A stretch of 63,628 bases of DNA, filler included, from Choristocarpus tenellus KU-1152 (lineage: Eukaryota > Protista > Phaeophyceae), in assembly GCA_964200185.2 (NCBI GenBank). It is 10 parts of 10 records of this genome, joined end to end, with 100 filler letters (N's around TTAATTAATTAA, not from the genome) between each part and the next. Parts side by side here need not be neighbours in the genome. Positions count along the whole stretch, not along the records: positions 12,319 to 16,716 come from CAXNAD020014734.1; positions 16,817 to 22,037 come from CAXNAD020011460.1; positions 22,138 to 25,585 come from CAXNAD020019964.1; positions 25,686 to 34,566 come from CAXNAD020004230.1; 6 more parts are not named here. One strand, given 5' to 3'. The notes under the pieces were generated by a model that was given only the letters and a program-made list of their open reading frames with translations, was not told the DNA's origin and did not search any database. Below, one piece after another: positions 13,052-25,734 of the stretch. Position 1 is the stretch's first letter, and each line of letters starts with the position of its first letter. The translations under genes were made by a program, and so were the position numbers.

Positions 13052-13746
13052 GATGTGTTCTATCGAACGGTAAAGGCCGTCAATTTCCAAATCGCGGCAA
13101 GACGGTTGGGCGACTGTGTGTCGATTTGAAGCAGTAATCCTAAGCAGGAAAACATTACATTGAATCGTGAAATTGAAAGATGAAGATAAATGGAATTTAT
13201 GTGCAGACCCGGTTTAGATGTCGGGAGGGCAACCATGCACAAGTTTGTGCTTGACATATGGCAGACAGTAATGAATTAATTTGATATGTTCTATCAAACG
13301 GTAAAGGCCATCAATTTTCAAAGCGCAGCAAGAAAGTTGGGGGGGGGGTGTCGATTTGAAATAAGAATAACTTGAGCAGGAAAACATTACGTCGAACTGC
13401 AAAAGTAAAAGATGAAGATGAAAGGAATGTATGCGCTGACCCGAGTTGGATGTCGGGAGGGCAACCATGTGCAGGTTTGTGCTTGACATATGGCAGATAG
13501 TAATGAATTAATTTGATGGGTTCTGTCGAGCAGTAAAGGGGGGCATCAAATTCCAAAGCGCGGCAAGACGGTTGGGGGGGGTGCATGTCGATTTGAAACA
13601 AGAATCCTGAGCAGGAAAACATTACGTCCAACCGCAGAAGTGAAAGCATGAATGCACCAGTTTGATACGTACATGTCGATTTTGGAATGTACTTCTAACT
13701 TCAAATTTGCTATGTTCTGTCAGTCGGTAGAAGCGATCAATTCTAA
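13052..13746. repeat. Tandem repeat, ~232-bp unit (2 full, 1 rearranged and 1 partial copy)
   Basis: Units start at 13052, 13283, 13515 and 13709. Confidence 0.88.
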
Positions 13747-14164
13747 GGTTAGGGTTAGCAGGGATTTTGGACTAAGAAACGCGCGCGTGGTGATACCATC
13801 ATGCGAGTTGTATCGAGATTGCATTGCAACGCGATATGAACCTTATCGGAAAGGTTCCTATGGTATCGGAGCCCTTACACGTGCATATCAAAGGTGTCAC
13901 CACGTCACACTCGACAGGCGGATGTTGTGGTGCGCGTAATTGCATCATGGAATCTTGCTTCTATTTCGGATCAGTTGTCTGATTACTCCCAACATATGCA
14001 ACTGCAAACCATGTTCCAATTTCGGGAAAAGGCTCGGTCAAATTCGCTGTAATCAATTCAGATGATAGTCGCTGAATTGCAACTACATCGACATGTTCGA
14101 TGCAAGGTGAAATATGTCTCTTGGCGGATTGGGATTAGTGTTCGAAATGTAGGCAATATATTTT

Positions 14165-14180
14165 GGTTAGGGTTAGGGTT
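14165..14180. repeat. Short telomere-type (GGTTAG)n tract
   Basis: ggttagggttagggtt. Confidence 0.6.
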
Positions 14181-14194
14181 GGTATTATGGGTGC

Positions 14195-14450
14195 GGGTCG
14201 AAGTATCTTAGGAGTAGAGCCCCGTCCATTTGGCGGCCGAATTCAAATGTTGCATCTTTGCTATAATTCTTGCCATCATTTTTGTTTGGAGACGTCAATG
14301 TCCTTTTCCCGGACACTCCTTTCCATAATGTACACATTGTACTTCTCCAAAGCATTTTTGAGTAAGTACAATGTCTTTGAAAACCCGTGGGCAGCCAAGC
14401 CCCAAAGAACAACCAGCGAAAAACTCGAATGCCCTCTAAGATATTTAGGC
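14195..14450 (+). mobile_element. Diverged MITE family A copy
   Basis: gggtcgaagtatcttagg...gccctctaagatattt; internal motifs colinear with other copies. Confidence 0.8.
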
Positions 14451-14565
14451 AACATTGACTTCGGGGCATACATTGTCAGTGACTGGGGAGGCAGAATACC
14501 GTTTATGAACGATTTCGATCAAATACAATATAATAGATGCGACGGTCGTGATTTTGATGATATCA

Positions 14566-14782
14566 CTGTGACAGCTGGTGTGTACATGGTGGAAAAGGAA
14601 ATGAATACAGGGCATCGAATTTGAAAATGTTTGGTGACACCACCACCTGCAGCTACGTTTATAACGGTAACAAATACAGGGCATTGAAATTGAAAATGTT
14701 GGTATTACCACTGCTGAGAGCTGGTGTGTACACGGTTGTGAAGGTAATAAAAAAGGCATCGAATTTGAAAATGCTGGTGACC
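14566..14782. repeat. 77-bp tandem repeat, left part (~3 units)
   Basis: Recurring acagctggtgtgtacacggttgtaaaggtaacaaatacagggcatcgaatttgaaaatg-type unit. Confidence 0.85.
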
Positions 14783-16348
14783 CTTGGATAGTGGTGAACT
14801 TATGGAGGAGACTGAGGACAACATTTACGGTGACAACGAGTTGGAGGAGACTGAGGACAACATTTACGGTGACAACGAGTTGGAGGAGACTGAGGACAAC
14901 ATTTACGGTGACAACGAGTTGGAGGAGACTGAGGAAAGCAATGATGGTGATACTTCCGCCAAAGCTGTTGTTTTTAACATGTCCATTTTTTTTTATGCCT
15001 TATTTGTCTGTTTCCATAGAGACTACCCTTGTGATGTGTGTGAGTGATGATTCTATTAGAAGTGTTAGCGGAACAGCTCCCTCCAGAACCCAAGACTGTA
15101 AGAGCAGTACGTAGCTCTCCCGAATGTGATTGATGGGATGGAGCTAGAGCAGAAGAGATGTCTGGTTTGTAGTTGAATAGTGTTTGGGTGGAGGCTGTAT
15201 TACCCCCTGGACGCAGGGCAATAGACACTATATGGATTCACAAGCGTAAGACTAACAAATTTGGTCAGGTAGTTAGATACAAGGCACGTTTGGTAGCAAA
15301 AAGGTTTTCGACAGATTGAGGGTTTAGATTACCAAGATACCTTTGCACCAACACCGTGCCCTGCGTCTTTGAAAATGGTTTTAGCATTAGCTGCAGACAA
15401 GGATTGGGAATTAAAGCGTTGGGATGTGAAACAAGCTTTCATCCAAGCAGACACAAGTGAAGAGATCTTTGTTGGTTTATGTGATGGATCTGGTATAATA
15501 TGGTCTGGAAAGATTTACATTTAGTCAAGGTCAGGTTGGTGGCACAGGACTTCACTCAACGAGAGGATGTACAAGACCTTCGATTATGATAGACTTCAAG
15601 CCTGGGGAGTGAGTGCTACGTCCAACAAGAGAAACAGCAAAAGGGGGCTGGTTCAAATGTTTGACCAAGAACTAAGCGAGGGATCATCATGGGACACGAT
15701 TGTACATTACTGTGTTGGTGCATCTAAAGAAGCAAGTACAAGACTTCGTAGACACTGTGTTGACTAGATGAATGACGAATGTTTGAGTTCAAGCAATCAG
15801 AGTTCTTTTATTACGTTGACAAGATAAATGTGCTCTCTGTGAGAATTGAACCAATCTGACGTCTTTTACTTCCATTTTCATGGCAAATGTGCAGAATGGG
15901 GAGTGTACACAATAAGATGTTTTAGGTTTACACAATAAGATGTTTTAGGTTTGAGAGTTCCAGCAACTTTTCATTGCCTGCACGCTTATGGGGGAGTTGC
16001 AAAATAGGACAATAGTGAGGTGTACCTTATTTTGTGTAGATGAGATTATTGTGTAAAATTGAGTCCATGTGATGTAACTAATGAGATAGTACATCCGGAT
16101 TATGTATGGGATTATATATTGGTATTTATTCCGCGTTCAACTACTTTGACAAAACTGACATAACCGTTGACTTCTGTAGGAAGCACAAATAAATAATAAA
16201 CAAGCAATGAGAAGACACCATACGAAGGTCACTCTTCTAATCTTCAACCATGTAATCTCGTTCAGCAAAAAAGGGGGTTGTGTGAGGCTTCACACCTTCT
16301 TATCTTCACTAGACACAAATAGCATTGCCTCCCAAGGTAATTTGCACA
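14783..16348 (+). mobile_element. Decayed Ty1/copia element: RT fragment, PPT and 3' LTR (15997-16348)
   Basis: 15150-15490 encodes LPPGRRAIDTIWIHKRKTNKFGQVVRYKARLVAK/GFRQIEGLDYQDTFAPT...WDVKQAFIQAD. PPT gggggag precedes the LTR, which is homologous to 33177-33488. Confidence 0.85.
14803..14935 (+). repeat. Perfect 39-bp tandem repeat (3 copies plus a partial)
   Basis: tggaggagactgaggacaacatttacggtgacaacgagt at 14803, 14842 and 14881; partial at 14920. Confidence 0.95.
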
Positions 16349-16349
16349 C

Positions 16350-16645
16350 TGTGTACATGTTTGTAAAGGTAACAAATACAGGTCATCGAATTTGAAAATG
16401 TTGGTGACACCACCATTGACAGCTGGTATGTACACGGTTGTAAAGGTAACAAATACAGGGCATCGAATTTGAAAATATCAGAATTACCACTGCTGACAGC
16501 TGGTGTGTACACGGTTGTAAAGGTAATAAATACAAGTAATCGGATGTGAAAGTGTTGGTGGTACCACCACTGACAGTTGGTGTGTACACTATTGTAAAGG
16601 AGGGTAATAAATACAGGTCATCGAATGTGAAAACGTTGGTGTTGT
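16350..16645. repeat. 77-bp tandem repeat, right part (~4 units)
   Basis: Period of 77 seen at 16421, 16498 and 16575. Confidence 0.88.
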
Positions 16646-16716
16646 TAAAACATAGGCTACTCATTTGTTTCCTGTTGATATGGTACACATTACTACCAGC
16701 TTGTACTGACTTTTGA

Positions 16717-16816
16717 NNNNNNNNNNNNNNNNNNNNNNNNNNNNNNNNNNNNNNNNNNNNTTAATTAATTAANNNNNNNNNNNNNNNNNNNNNNNNNNNN
16801 NNNNNNNNNNNNNNNN
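16717..16816. other. Artificial contig linker
   Basis: N44-TTAATTAATTAA-N44. Confidence 0.98.
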
Positions 16817-19034
16817 CCGTCTCAATATGGGCAGGGCATGAGGGGGGGATAGGCTTCACCATGCAACCAGTCTTTGCCTCCTCTACTCTATACTCCTTCT
16901 CAAGGATGCCTAGAACTTCCAACTTCATCTGCATCAAAAAAATAATGTATCTATGCTTGTCCTCTGGAATCCTGTAAAGGATTTTGGCCCTGTGGCCAAA
17001 AGAAGTAGTACAAAATAACTGAAAAATCAGCTCCCTGATTTCCAGTTTCGACACACTGCGATTTAACCTCAAACTGTGGTTATCGATTCACTACAACTCA
17101 CAACCCTAGAAACAAGCTTCAAGTATATTACAAGATCATGATATTCGCAGTTTATTTTCTGCTAGGACAAGAATATGGAAACTACAGGAAAGCAAATTGC
17201 CACAAAGCGTAGCAACACCCAGAAGGATTTGACAAATTCCATCAAATATCCCAACACTTACCATTGCTGCATGTAATGAAAGTGTGTTCCCTTAGGCCTC
17301 TACAGCATCAAACCTACCGTAGGAAATATTGACCACACTCTTTCTGACTAACAATGTACCTTACTGTTAGTAGGGTCGCTTTAGGAACCACGTAAGAAGC
17401 TCCAAACGAACACAACGTATCCATTTCAGCATGGGTTTCACCTGCTCAGTGCGGACAAAAAACAATTAAACGTTCACCTCTTGTGGAAGAAAATATATTG
17501 GGAACGCAAATATCGGGAGGGAACGCTCAAGCCCCAGTGGTAACTCAAGGAGGGCTGGCACATCACACCAAGATAAAGGATGGGAAATCGAGTACGTCGG
17601 GAGTACCTTTAGTTACACATCCCTCACATAAAAACAAGAACGTGTCATTTTTCCACACGTTGGACAAATCACAATTGAACTTGTTTGTGCTTCACAAATT
17701 AGCAGCCAACAAATAAAATGTGCACCTATTATTTGTGTGTGAAGGTCGAAGGAGCGGCGAAGATGTTAAATTATTTTCACTCAGGAATCTTGTACCACAA
17801 ATCACGCGACAAGCGCAACTCAATGTTGAGGAATGATGTACAAATCCTGATTTGTCAACACAACCTTGTTGGTTGGCACGTGCACATGATTTACGGAGAT
17901 TACCCACTCTCTTATCAACAAGTATAAAATGTTTCGTCCCTGTGCCACCTAGGGAAGATAAACGCGCATCGCTGGTTTGTATGTCCTGACCTCATCTTCG
18001 CATTCAAATCTTGCCCTGTGATTCATGTTCTTTGTAGTCAACAATAATAATGTACATAGCTTAGGTTACCATTACACTATTACATACAGTACTTGGTCCC
18101 CTTGTTGTTCTATGATAGTAGTAGTCAGTCACGTATAAATCATATTATTCGCCTTTCTGAATGCGCATGCTGTGGAAGCCCCAGTAGTGTACTGGGTATT
18201 ATAACCTCTCTAGTGTGCCACATCCCCAGGTTTGATACTGGTATGTCGGTGCCCCAAGTGCAGATGTGTACAAAATTATTTATCAGTACCACATTTCCCG
18301 TGCAAAAACATTTGCATATAATTGTAGGTATAACTTATCCTCTGTGAAATATGTACTAATAGTTTTCTGCACCACTCCCCTATCTGGAAAACACGTACAA
18401 ATGGTTCCCCGGTCCAAATACATTAAGCTGAATCCCCCGCCAATGGTCTGTGCTTGTGAGGACAAGTTTTGTACTAATCACAGTCTGTTGGATTGTCAAC
18501 ATCACCAGGTTTTCGAAAGAGTTGTCCCACACCATTCTCAGAAATACAAGCGGGCACAAACGACTGGGATCCACAAATGAAGGAGTTAACTCCTAACTCC
18601 TTGATTTGTGAGATGTGTGCCCCCAACGTGCAAAACTCAGATCTATGACAGGAACAGCCATTGGTTTGTCGGAAATTGATTTGTACGCGACAAAGCAGAT
18701 TTGATTTGATTTGATTGGTCCAATGTGTGAACTTTTTACTGTATTAGTGAAGCACCTACGAGTGTGCATGTACTGCTTCCTCTCTACACGACTCTACAAT
18801 AGTACAACAAGCGACAGAAGAGCAAAACAAAACAAAAAACTTACCTTGCCTTTAGGAACTACAGTGGCATCATGTACACAAACGAATACCAAGCAGTTCC
18901 AATCATCCCACTCGAAGTAGGCAGTTCCTTCAACACAAAGTGGCAATGTGTGTTTTTTTTCCCGAAAATATTGAGGAACGACCTGCCTCTTTTGACACTT
19001 ACAGAACTACTGTTCTGTCTACTGCTCACATCAC

Positions 19035-19912
19035 CTGAATGTTTTTCCAGCCTGGGCAGTTACGCCGTACGTTGAACCTCAACAGTGGAAGTACATCATG
19101 GAGATCTGTTGCTACGACCTCAGCTGCTCCCAGGGCAGCACACACAGTCGAAACAACTCCAGCCCCAGCCCCAAGTTCCACCACCCGCCGCCCTGCTACC
19201 ATTGAGGGTCCACTAGCCAAATATGAGGCCAATCCCAAGCCACAATCCCAGACCATACCGAAGTATCCACCCATCAAAGTGGACTCCACGGCCTCCACCA
19301 CAATGGTCTGGGCAACCGTCTCCCTGTTCCCTTCCAAAGCAGGCATATCTATCTGATCCCTTTTCACATCATTGTTTTCTCCCACCTGTGCTATTGCTCC
19401 TTGTTCTTTCACGAAAAAAGATAGCCGGCGGACATTGCAGGGTCCGTTGAGGGCGGGCTTCCTTCCCTTCCCTGCTTGAGTGAATGCCGGGAACAATCAG
19501 TGAGGTGGAGCATAGTGTGGGGTAGCTTATACTCTTGAAGGAGGGACACTCGGTGATCGGAAAATATTTCAACTGGAAATGGTGGCAGGAAGACCAAACT
19601 GTGACCGCAGGGGAGATGTCTCAGATGCTTGTGGGGATGCTCACGTGTGTACAACGGTACTGGAAGGGACCACAGTGGCAATATAGGGCGATTGAACTTC
19701 GCCTCCCATTCCTCAGGAAAAGAGATCGATAATGCAATGTCATTGCCTCCATCCATGTCGTCCTCCCACTCAAGGGATTGCTTCCCAAGTTCTGGATCTT
19801 CACCCAAGAGCAGAAGAGTGACTGTGCACTCAGCTACACCACTTGTTAGGTCCAGGGATAACTGTCCAGAGAACGGTTATTCAAGGGCGAAAGAGAGATA
19901 ATTACTTATTGT
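19035..19912 (-). pseudogene. METTL21/Methyltransf_16-like SAM-dependent protein-lysine methyltransferase, large exon, apparently disrupted
   Basis: FGMVWDCGLGLASYL...GRRVVELGAGAGVVSTVCAALGAAEVVATDLHDVLPLLRFNVRRN. GT donor follows 19035. Frameshift near 19480 and TAA near 19877. Further candidate exons lie between ~17980 and ~20830. Confidence 0.8.
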
Positions 19913-21240
19913 ACCTGTTTGTCATTCAGCCCAGCAGAATAGTGAAATACGACAAACTGTCATCTAGAGCACATGCAAAATCAGCTCTTAACTCTACAAA
20001 CTGGTGAGTGAGCGGAGCAGTAAGGAGGAAAGCAAGTTGAGGATCACGTACAGCATATATTGCATCGATACTCGAACTACCTCAACCAGTGGGCCGGGGC
20101 GCCACAGACTACATTAGAGTGGTACAGGCAATCTTGAACATGAGGGGAAAGGAAGGTGGGCAACATCTTCATAGGGAGGGAAAGTGTCATCAACATAAGG
20201 GACTCACTCCGGAGTTTGACACGCATCTATCTCCTACGGTGAAGTTCGACAGAGTCATGGATAACTGCCTTGCTCGACGCCCCTCGAGCTTAACTTGGAG
20301 AGGTATGCAGGCGGTCCCTCGCTCGATCGATGAGGGATCGACCCATAGGCGGTGGCAGTGGGGTTCCTTGACACAGACACCTGCCCATGTTCCAGGACAC
20401 AAATGATGAAAGTGACTTAAGGCGATATTGTTGTCAATACTATACTCACCTATTTCCCTTTCTTCTCCTTTAGAGGGATTTCATCGGGAAGAATAGATAT
20501 CTTTATGAAGCCCCAATCAAAACAGGTCCGTCGTCTTCTCCGTAACTCGAGGTGAGGTAAAGACTCATTACGCAGAGCTCACCAGCCTCATTCTTGATTG
20601 AAACGGAAATATGGACTGGATCTCCAGGGCTCCAGCGGTCTGATGAGGGCAAGAAAAGCACTCAGAAGCAGTATGGTCGTGGGCAAGGGCTGGACGTGTA
20701 AGTTGGTTGCAGTGACGCTACCATAGCACAAAAGACACCCACCTGGTAAGCCGGGATCGTTGAAGCAAAGACGGACACTCTCGTTTGTCGCAAACATACA
20801 CCTTGATGATCTGCATGTCATCTCTTTGCCTGTCGCCTCTCGCCCATCTACACAATAGTAGTAGGTAGAAACTTTATAGTGTCATGATGGCTCTAACTCC
20901 ATCAATAATCTATTGAAGTTAAAAAATCTTCCATTTTCATTTTTATTTTCAGAGGTCCTGTATCTATCTCTGGATAACTGTAGTACTAAGTTCCAATTAT
21001 GTGTTGCATGATAAGCGTGTTTAAACTTCACAAAATAGTGTCCATCACCTAGAAGTGAACCACTTCCCTCCCTTGAATCTAGTCCACCTTCTTCATAATA
21101 CAGTTTAGAACCAGTTTCAACTACAACAGTTAGCTTTTGTCTTAGTAGTTCTCTTGTCTTCTTGATTGATTTCAACTACTACACGACACAACTCGTTCAT
21201 ATTACCCGAAAGGACTTCACCGTGAGAAATTCAGACTACC

Positions 21241-21420
21241 ATTATTTATATTTTATTATTATCCTCTCTGAAATTTTGGAGATGTGTCACGGAAAATGCC
21301 GATTCAAGGTTGTAACGACCCCTGTAAAAGTAATAATCGTCGTAAATGTTAAGGATACAAGTGTTGTGTCGTATTGGTTGCCAATTGGTCGTTTTTCCCT
21401 ACATCACATGTCCATGGGCA
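21241..21420 (-). mobile_element. 3' UTR fragment of the CRE-like element
   Basis: ttattattatcctctctgaaattttggagatgtgtca matches the family 3' end. Confidence 0.65.
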
Positions 21421-21459
21421 TAATATAATACAAAAATATGTTACATGTAAGAAGAACTC

Positions 21460-22037
21460 CTTCCTCCGTTCGAAATTAAATGTAACATAAATTTTGCAGC
21501 CTGAATGAAGAAGCAATATTTTTTTCACGTGTTCATATATAATGGGTGTATTGCGCAGACACTAAAAGGCTGCCCACCAAAATCTCAAAGCAAAATGTGG
21601 CAGCCTATACCGATCTATGATTCCACCCCTGAAGCCATCCAAAACTTCATTCCAGCATGATATTTCGCTGCATCCACTTGGGCATTTGGTGGGAGCTTGC
21701 CCGCCTTCTCAGCCTTTTTTTCCTTGCCAAGATGGGGAATTTTGCAGGCACCGTCACCCTTGGACTCCGTCACTTCCCCATAAACTACGAAGAGACTCTG
21801 CCAGACGTCCTCTAGTGTCTCCAAGGTGTACACATCAAATGCCCCCATTGTGGCTTCCATCAACTCCTCTGTGTTGATCACCCCACGTCTTCTTTCAGTT
21901 GTTGGATGGAATGAAAGAATCCCAGGTCATTGACATTGAGATCAAGTGAGTTTGCTGGCTGGGTCCCTATGACCATGTTGTCCCCCCCCCGCCGCCCGGG
22001 CCGCGCGTCGCCTCAGTTGGTGTCGTTGCGCGGGCGG
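21460..22037 (-). mobile_element. Tc1/mariner (DD39D, plant-mariner-like) transposon 3' end
   Basis: QPANSLDLNVNDLGFFHSIQQLK...KIPHLGKEK; Stowaway-like TIR cttcctccgttc. Cut by the contig end. Confidence 0.85.
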
Positions 22038-22137
22038 NNNNNNNNNNNNNNNNNNNNNNNNNNNNNNNNNNNNNNNNNNNNTTAATTAATTAANNNNNNN
22101 NNNNNNNNNNNNNNNNNNNNNNNNNNNNNNNNNNNNN
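22038..22137. other. Artificial contig linker
   Basis: N44-TTAATTAATTAA-N44. Confidence 0.98.
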
Positions 22138-23365
22138 TTCCTTTTGTTAGTTTGATGCTTGGTTCCGATTTTTTTTTTTTGGGTGGCCGGGTGGGGGGGG
22201 GGGGGAAGGGGGATGATTGTCTCCTGAGTTCCAGTTCCCTAAACCTGTTGTTGTGCTTCCTTGGTATGTTTTTGACACAAGTGTGTTCCCTCTATTTGGC
22301 TTGGATTGCACCTGTCCTTTCCTCTTGTTGTAGGTCAGCGCCTTGAGGGAGTGGATGGCGCAGTTGGGTCTTAGAGAGACGGTCAAGGTTGGCAGTGCTG
22401 GAAAGTGGAAGACTGCTACACAGGTGGGGTATATGTATGTACATAGATACATAGATACTAGGTAGTTCAGTGGGCAGTAGCCTAGCAATATGGTAAAGAT
22501 ACTAGGTTGCCAAGTATATAATACTTGTCTGAAATAGGGTACAGGGTAGGCACATTGTCCTTTTTCAATGAGAGTTCTGGACGTATTTTTGCATTATCCT
22601 TTTTCAATGAGGGTTCTGGACATATTTTTTACATTGTCCTTGACATATATCTTTGCAGCATCCGGTTGTTTGAAACACATCAATGAGACATGTAGGGTGA
22701 CAAGTTTGTAGTGTTCTACTTGAGAGAACCCCCCCCCCCCCCGTAAAAGGTGTCATGCTTTTGCTGAAAAAGTGTAAAGTTTCTGTTTAAGTCGGCACAG
22801 GAGAAAGAAAAGAAAAGGGTGCTCTTGGACTACTGTACAAGCCGAAGGTTCCTTCTAAGAATGTCCTTCTAAGAACAGTGAACTGGGTGGAGTTGTGGAA
22901 TCCCTACCGGATTGTCCTGTTGTTGGATGTATCCAATTCTTCACGACTTTTGAAAATCTTTTTGAATCTAAGATTTGTTTTTTGAATAACGATTTTTTTG
23001 TTCTTTGTTTTTGTGTGTCATCCTGTGCTGCGAGTGTCTTCATGGGTGAGAGAGGGATATTGAAAGATGCCAGTTGCTTTGGAGGCAGTCAAATAGTGCG
23101 CATGCATGCTTTGTAATGTTTGAATTGAAGTGCATGGGATGATTGAGACATGCCTGAGGAATGTTGGGACTTGTAGATGGGACCTACTGGCGCTTTTGGT
23201 GAAGGGAAGCAGAGGATGTTGGGAGCTGGGTTCAAGCTTGCTTGTCCAGGCAACACTTGGATGGGATTATTGGGATGTTTTTACTGCGTGTTCTGGTTTG
23301 ATCTTGTTCAAGTTTGACGGGGTTTTTGGAGTATAGTTCGTTGGGTCTACAGCTTCACTCTCCCA

Positions 23366-23367
<2 letters not shown>

Positions 23368-23405
<38 letters not shown>

Positions 23406-23468
23406 CCCTTTTTTTCCTTGGCTTTTTTCTTTTACCTTTCTTTTTTTTTTTTTTTCTTTTTTTTCTTT
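23368..23468. repeat. Poly-T/pyrimidine low-complexity tract
   Basis: Direct inspection. Confidence 0.9.
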
Positions 23469-25396
23469 GGCTTGTGTGTGCGTTTGTGAGTGTATGCTAT
23501 GGTGTGCAGCGATGATATACTCTGGAGTGGATACGATCGGTGTGTGTGTTTTGTTCCAGCCTCCGACTCAACCTGTGAAATCCCACGTGTTTGCAGTTGA
23601 CCATTAAGAAATGAGGGCTCTGTGAGACGATATGATAGCATGTTTACCCTGGAATAAATTATAATCACTGGAGTATATATCGGATGATATTGATTTCTTG
23701 CTGATGGTTTACGATATTTTCAGTTCTAAGAAAACCCCCACTCTAAGTGGTTTCTTGTTTAGTCATGCTGTACCATCAGCTAGATGATATTATTCTTTCT
23801 TTCCCTACTATTAAAAAACAAAACAAAACGTTTCTTCACTGGGAGAGTGATGATGCAAAGGGCAGCATTCAAACCAGCATAACAATAGCAACGACTCTGA
23901 TTTTGTCTTTCATTCACACCCATGGAGTGGGTGTATCACACACCACCTTAGTCCTACTGTTTATTGCTCTTAATACTTGCCTGGAAGAAATGGCAGAACA
24001 TACGCCCTACAACCATGTTTTCGACCCTGTGTGTGGATGACCGCTCTCTGCTTGGCACCGGCACCGTATGACCCTCTATCCAGTTCCTTTCCTGTGGGGT
24101 AGGATCACTGTGTGTGGGAAAATGCAAGAACCCTGAGTGATATCATCGCCAAGATTGGTACAGTATTGGTAGTACAAGAAAATCGATGGGCTCAAGATTG
24201 CAACTTGACATATCGTTCAATGTATACTCCTATACAATAAGACAATAAGTCCAGAGTATACGTACATATACGAGAGGTTTCTATTCTTGGATTTTTAGCC
24301 TTTTACGCTACATTTCCTAACCCCCAATGTTGGCATGACCCTCCCCTCCCCTTCACTTCCCCCTGATGTATAACCAATGGGCAGATGGTGGCGTTGACGA
24401 TGCTGCTGTTGCTGGAACCTGGGGCCAAACTCACCATTGTGAACCCTGTGCAATTCATGCCAGTTGCCAAGGGACTGCTCGTTGCCTCGACGGTCCTCAC
24501 TGTCACCTCTGGCAGCGGCTACCTAAAGGCTGCCTGGCCGGCTCTCATGGGAAGAGCCAAGGCAACTGGCTCTTCCTGAGATGACTCTTGAAGAGGGATG
24601 ACTTTTTGGGCTGGACAGAGGGAGCTTGTAAATGTGAACCTTTTTTCTTTATGCGTTGACATGGCTATGATTGCTCTAAGGTGTTACACAGAACCTTTTT
24701 TGGGTTCTTGATCGTTGTACGTTGTTGATTGTGGACGGACTAGTTACTGCCAGAGTCAAAGTTTTTGGCGGAGCTAATGAATGATAACATATTTTGGTTT
24801 GTGATTGCTGCTGTGAGAAAAAAACGGTGGTTGAGCGGGATGGTTCGACAGTACAGAATATATCTTGTGTATAAGATCAGGCTGTCCTTTCACCCTACAC
24901 TGATATTAGTGGTGCGTCTGGTCTTACCATGTGAGAATCAGACACAGTGTTGGTGTCCAAGAGCCAGCACATCCGTTGAATTGTTCAAAGTGCATGTGCA
25001 AGAACGTGAATTGCTTGGGTGTGAATGCTTTCATTGATATGTGCAATACTGGAGTGTCCGGTTGTGTCTTTTGGCACTTTGGGTGTTTGTAATATTTGGG
25101 TGGGATCTCCCAAACAACCAAATATTTTATGTCCAAAGCACTTGGTATACAGTTTTCAATTGATAGGGGTTGGATTGTTGTGTAAGAGGAGTGAATCGAA
25201 GCCGGAATTGGGTAAGAGCTGAAGGTGGTCCCATGGCCCATCACGCATATATGGAGGAGAAACATGAAAAGGAGGCGAGTGCATGTGTGAGTTGTCAGTT
25301 TTGACGGACTACCCTTTGACGGACTACCCTGCTGCGTATGAGCCCGCTTCCAAGACTAGCTCCAGGCAGGGATGGTGTTGTGAATAGCTGCAAAAG

Positions 25397-25575
25397 GGCT
25401 CAAAGTATATGGGAGGGGGTGGCGGCTGTCCATTTGGGGTCAATTTTTCCCATGTTGCGATTTGCGGATGATTTGGTTGCATGCATCGGATGGATATTGT
25501 AAGTGCACTTTTCCTGGCTATGGTCCAAAATGGACGCCCTGGTGTAGCCCCCCCCCCCCCCCCCCCCCCCCCCCT
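25397..25575 (-). mobile_element. MITE family B copy running into contig end
   Basis: ggctcaaagtatatgggagg...gtccatttgggg; reverse complement of 39763-39939. Confidence 0.85.
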
Positions 25576-25585
25576 TACCCGGGGT

Positions 25586-25685
25586 NNNNNNNNNNNNNNN
25601 NNNNNNNNNNNNNNNNNNNNNNNNNNNNNTTAATTAATTAANNNNNNNNNNNNNNNNNNNNNNNNNNNNNNNNNNNNNNNNNNNN
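25586..25685. other. Artificial contig linker
   Basis: N44-TTAATTAATTAA-N44. Confidence 0.98.
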
Positions 25686-25734
25686 GTTGTGTCCCCAAAT
25701 GGACGCGGCTCTACCCTCTAAGATACTTTTGCTC
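25686..25734 (-). mobile_element. MITE family A end at contig start
   Basis: ccccaaatggacgcggctctaccctctaagatacttttgctc. Confidence 0.85.

Noticed and set aside
14803-14935. 39-bp repeats (also the 77- and 232-bp repeats) as a CRISPR-like array
   Set aside because: Head-to-tail tandem units with no unique spacers and no cas-like ORFs; eukaryotic context.
23314-23668. Poly-Phe and poly-Lys ORFs
   Set aside because: Translations of a poly-T tract.
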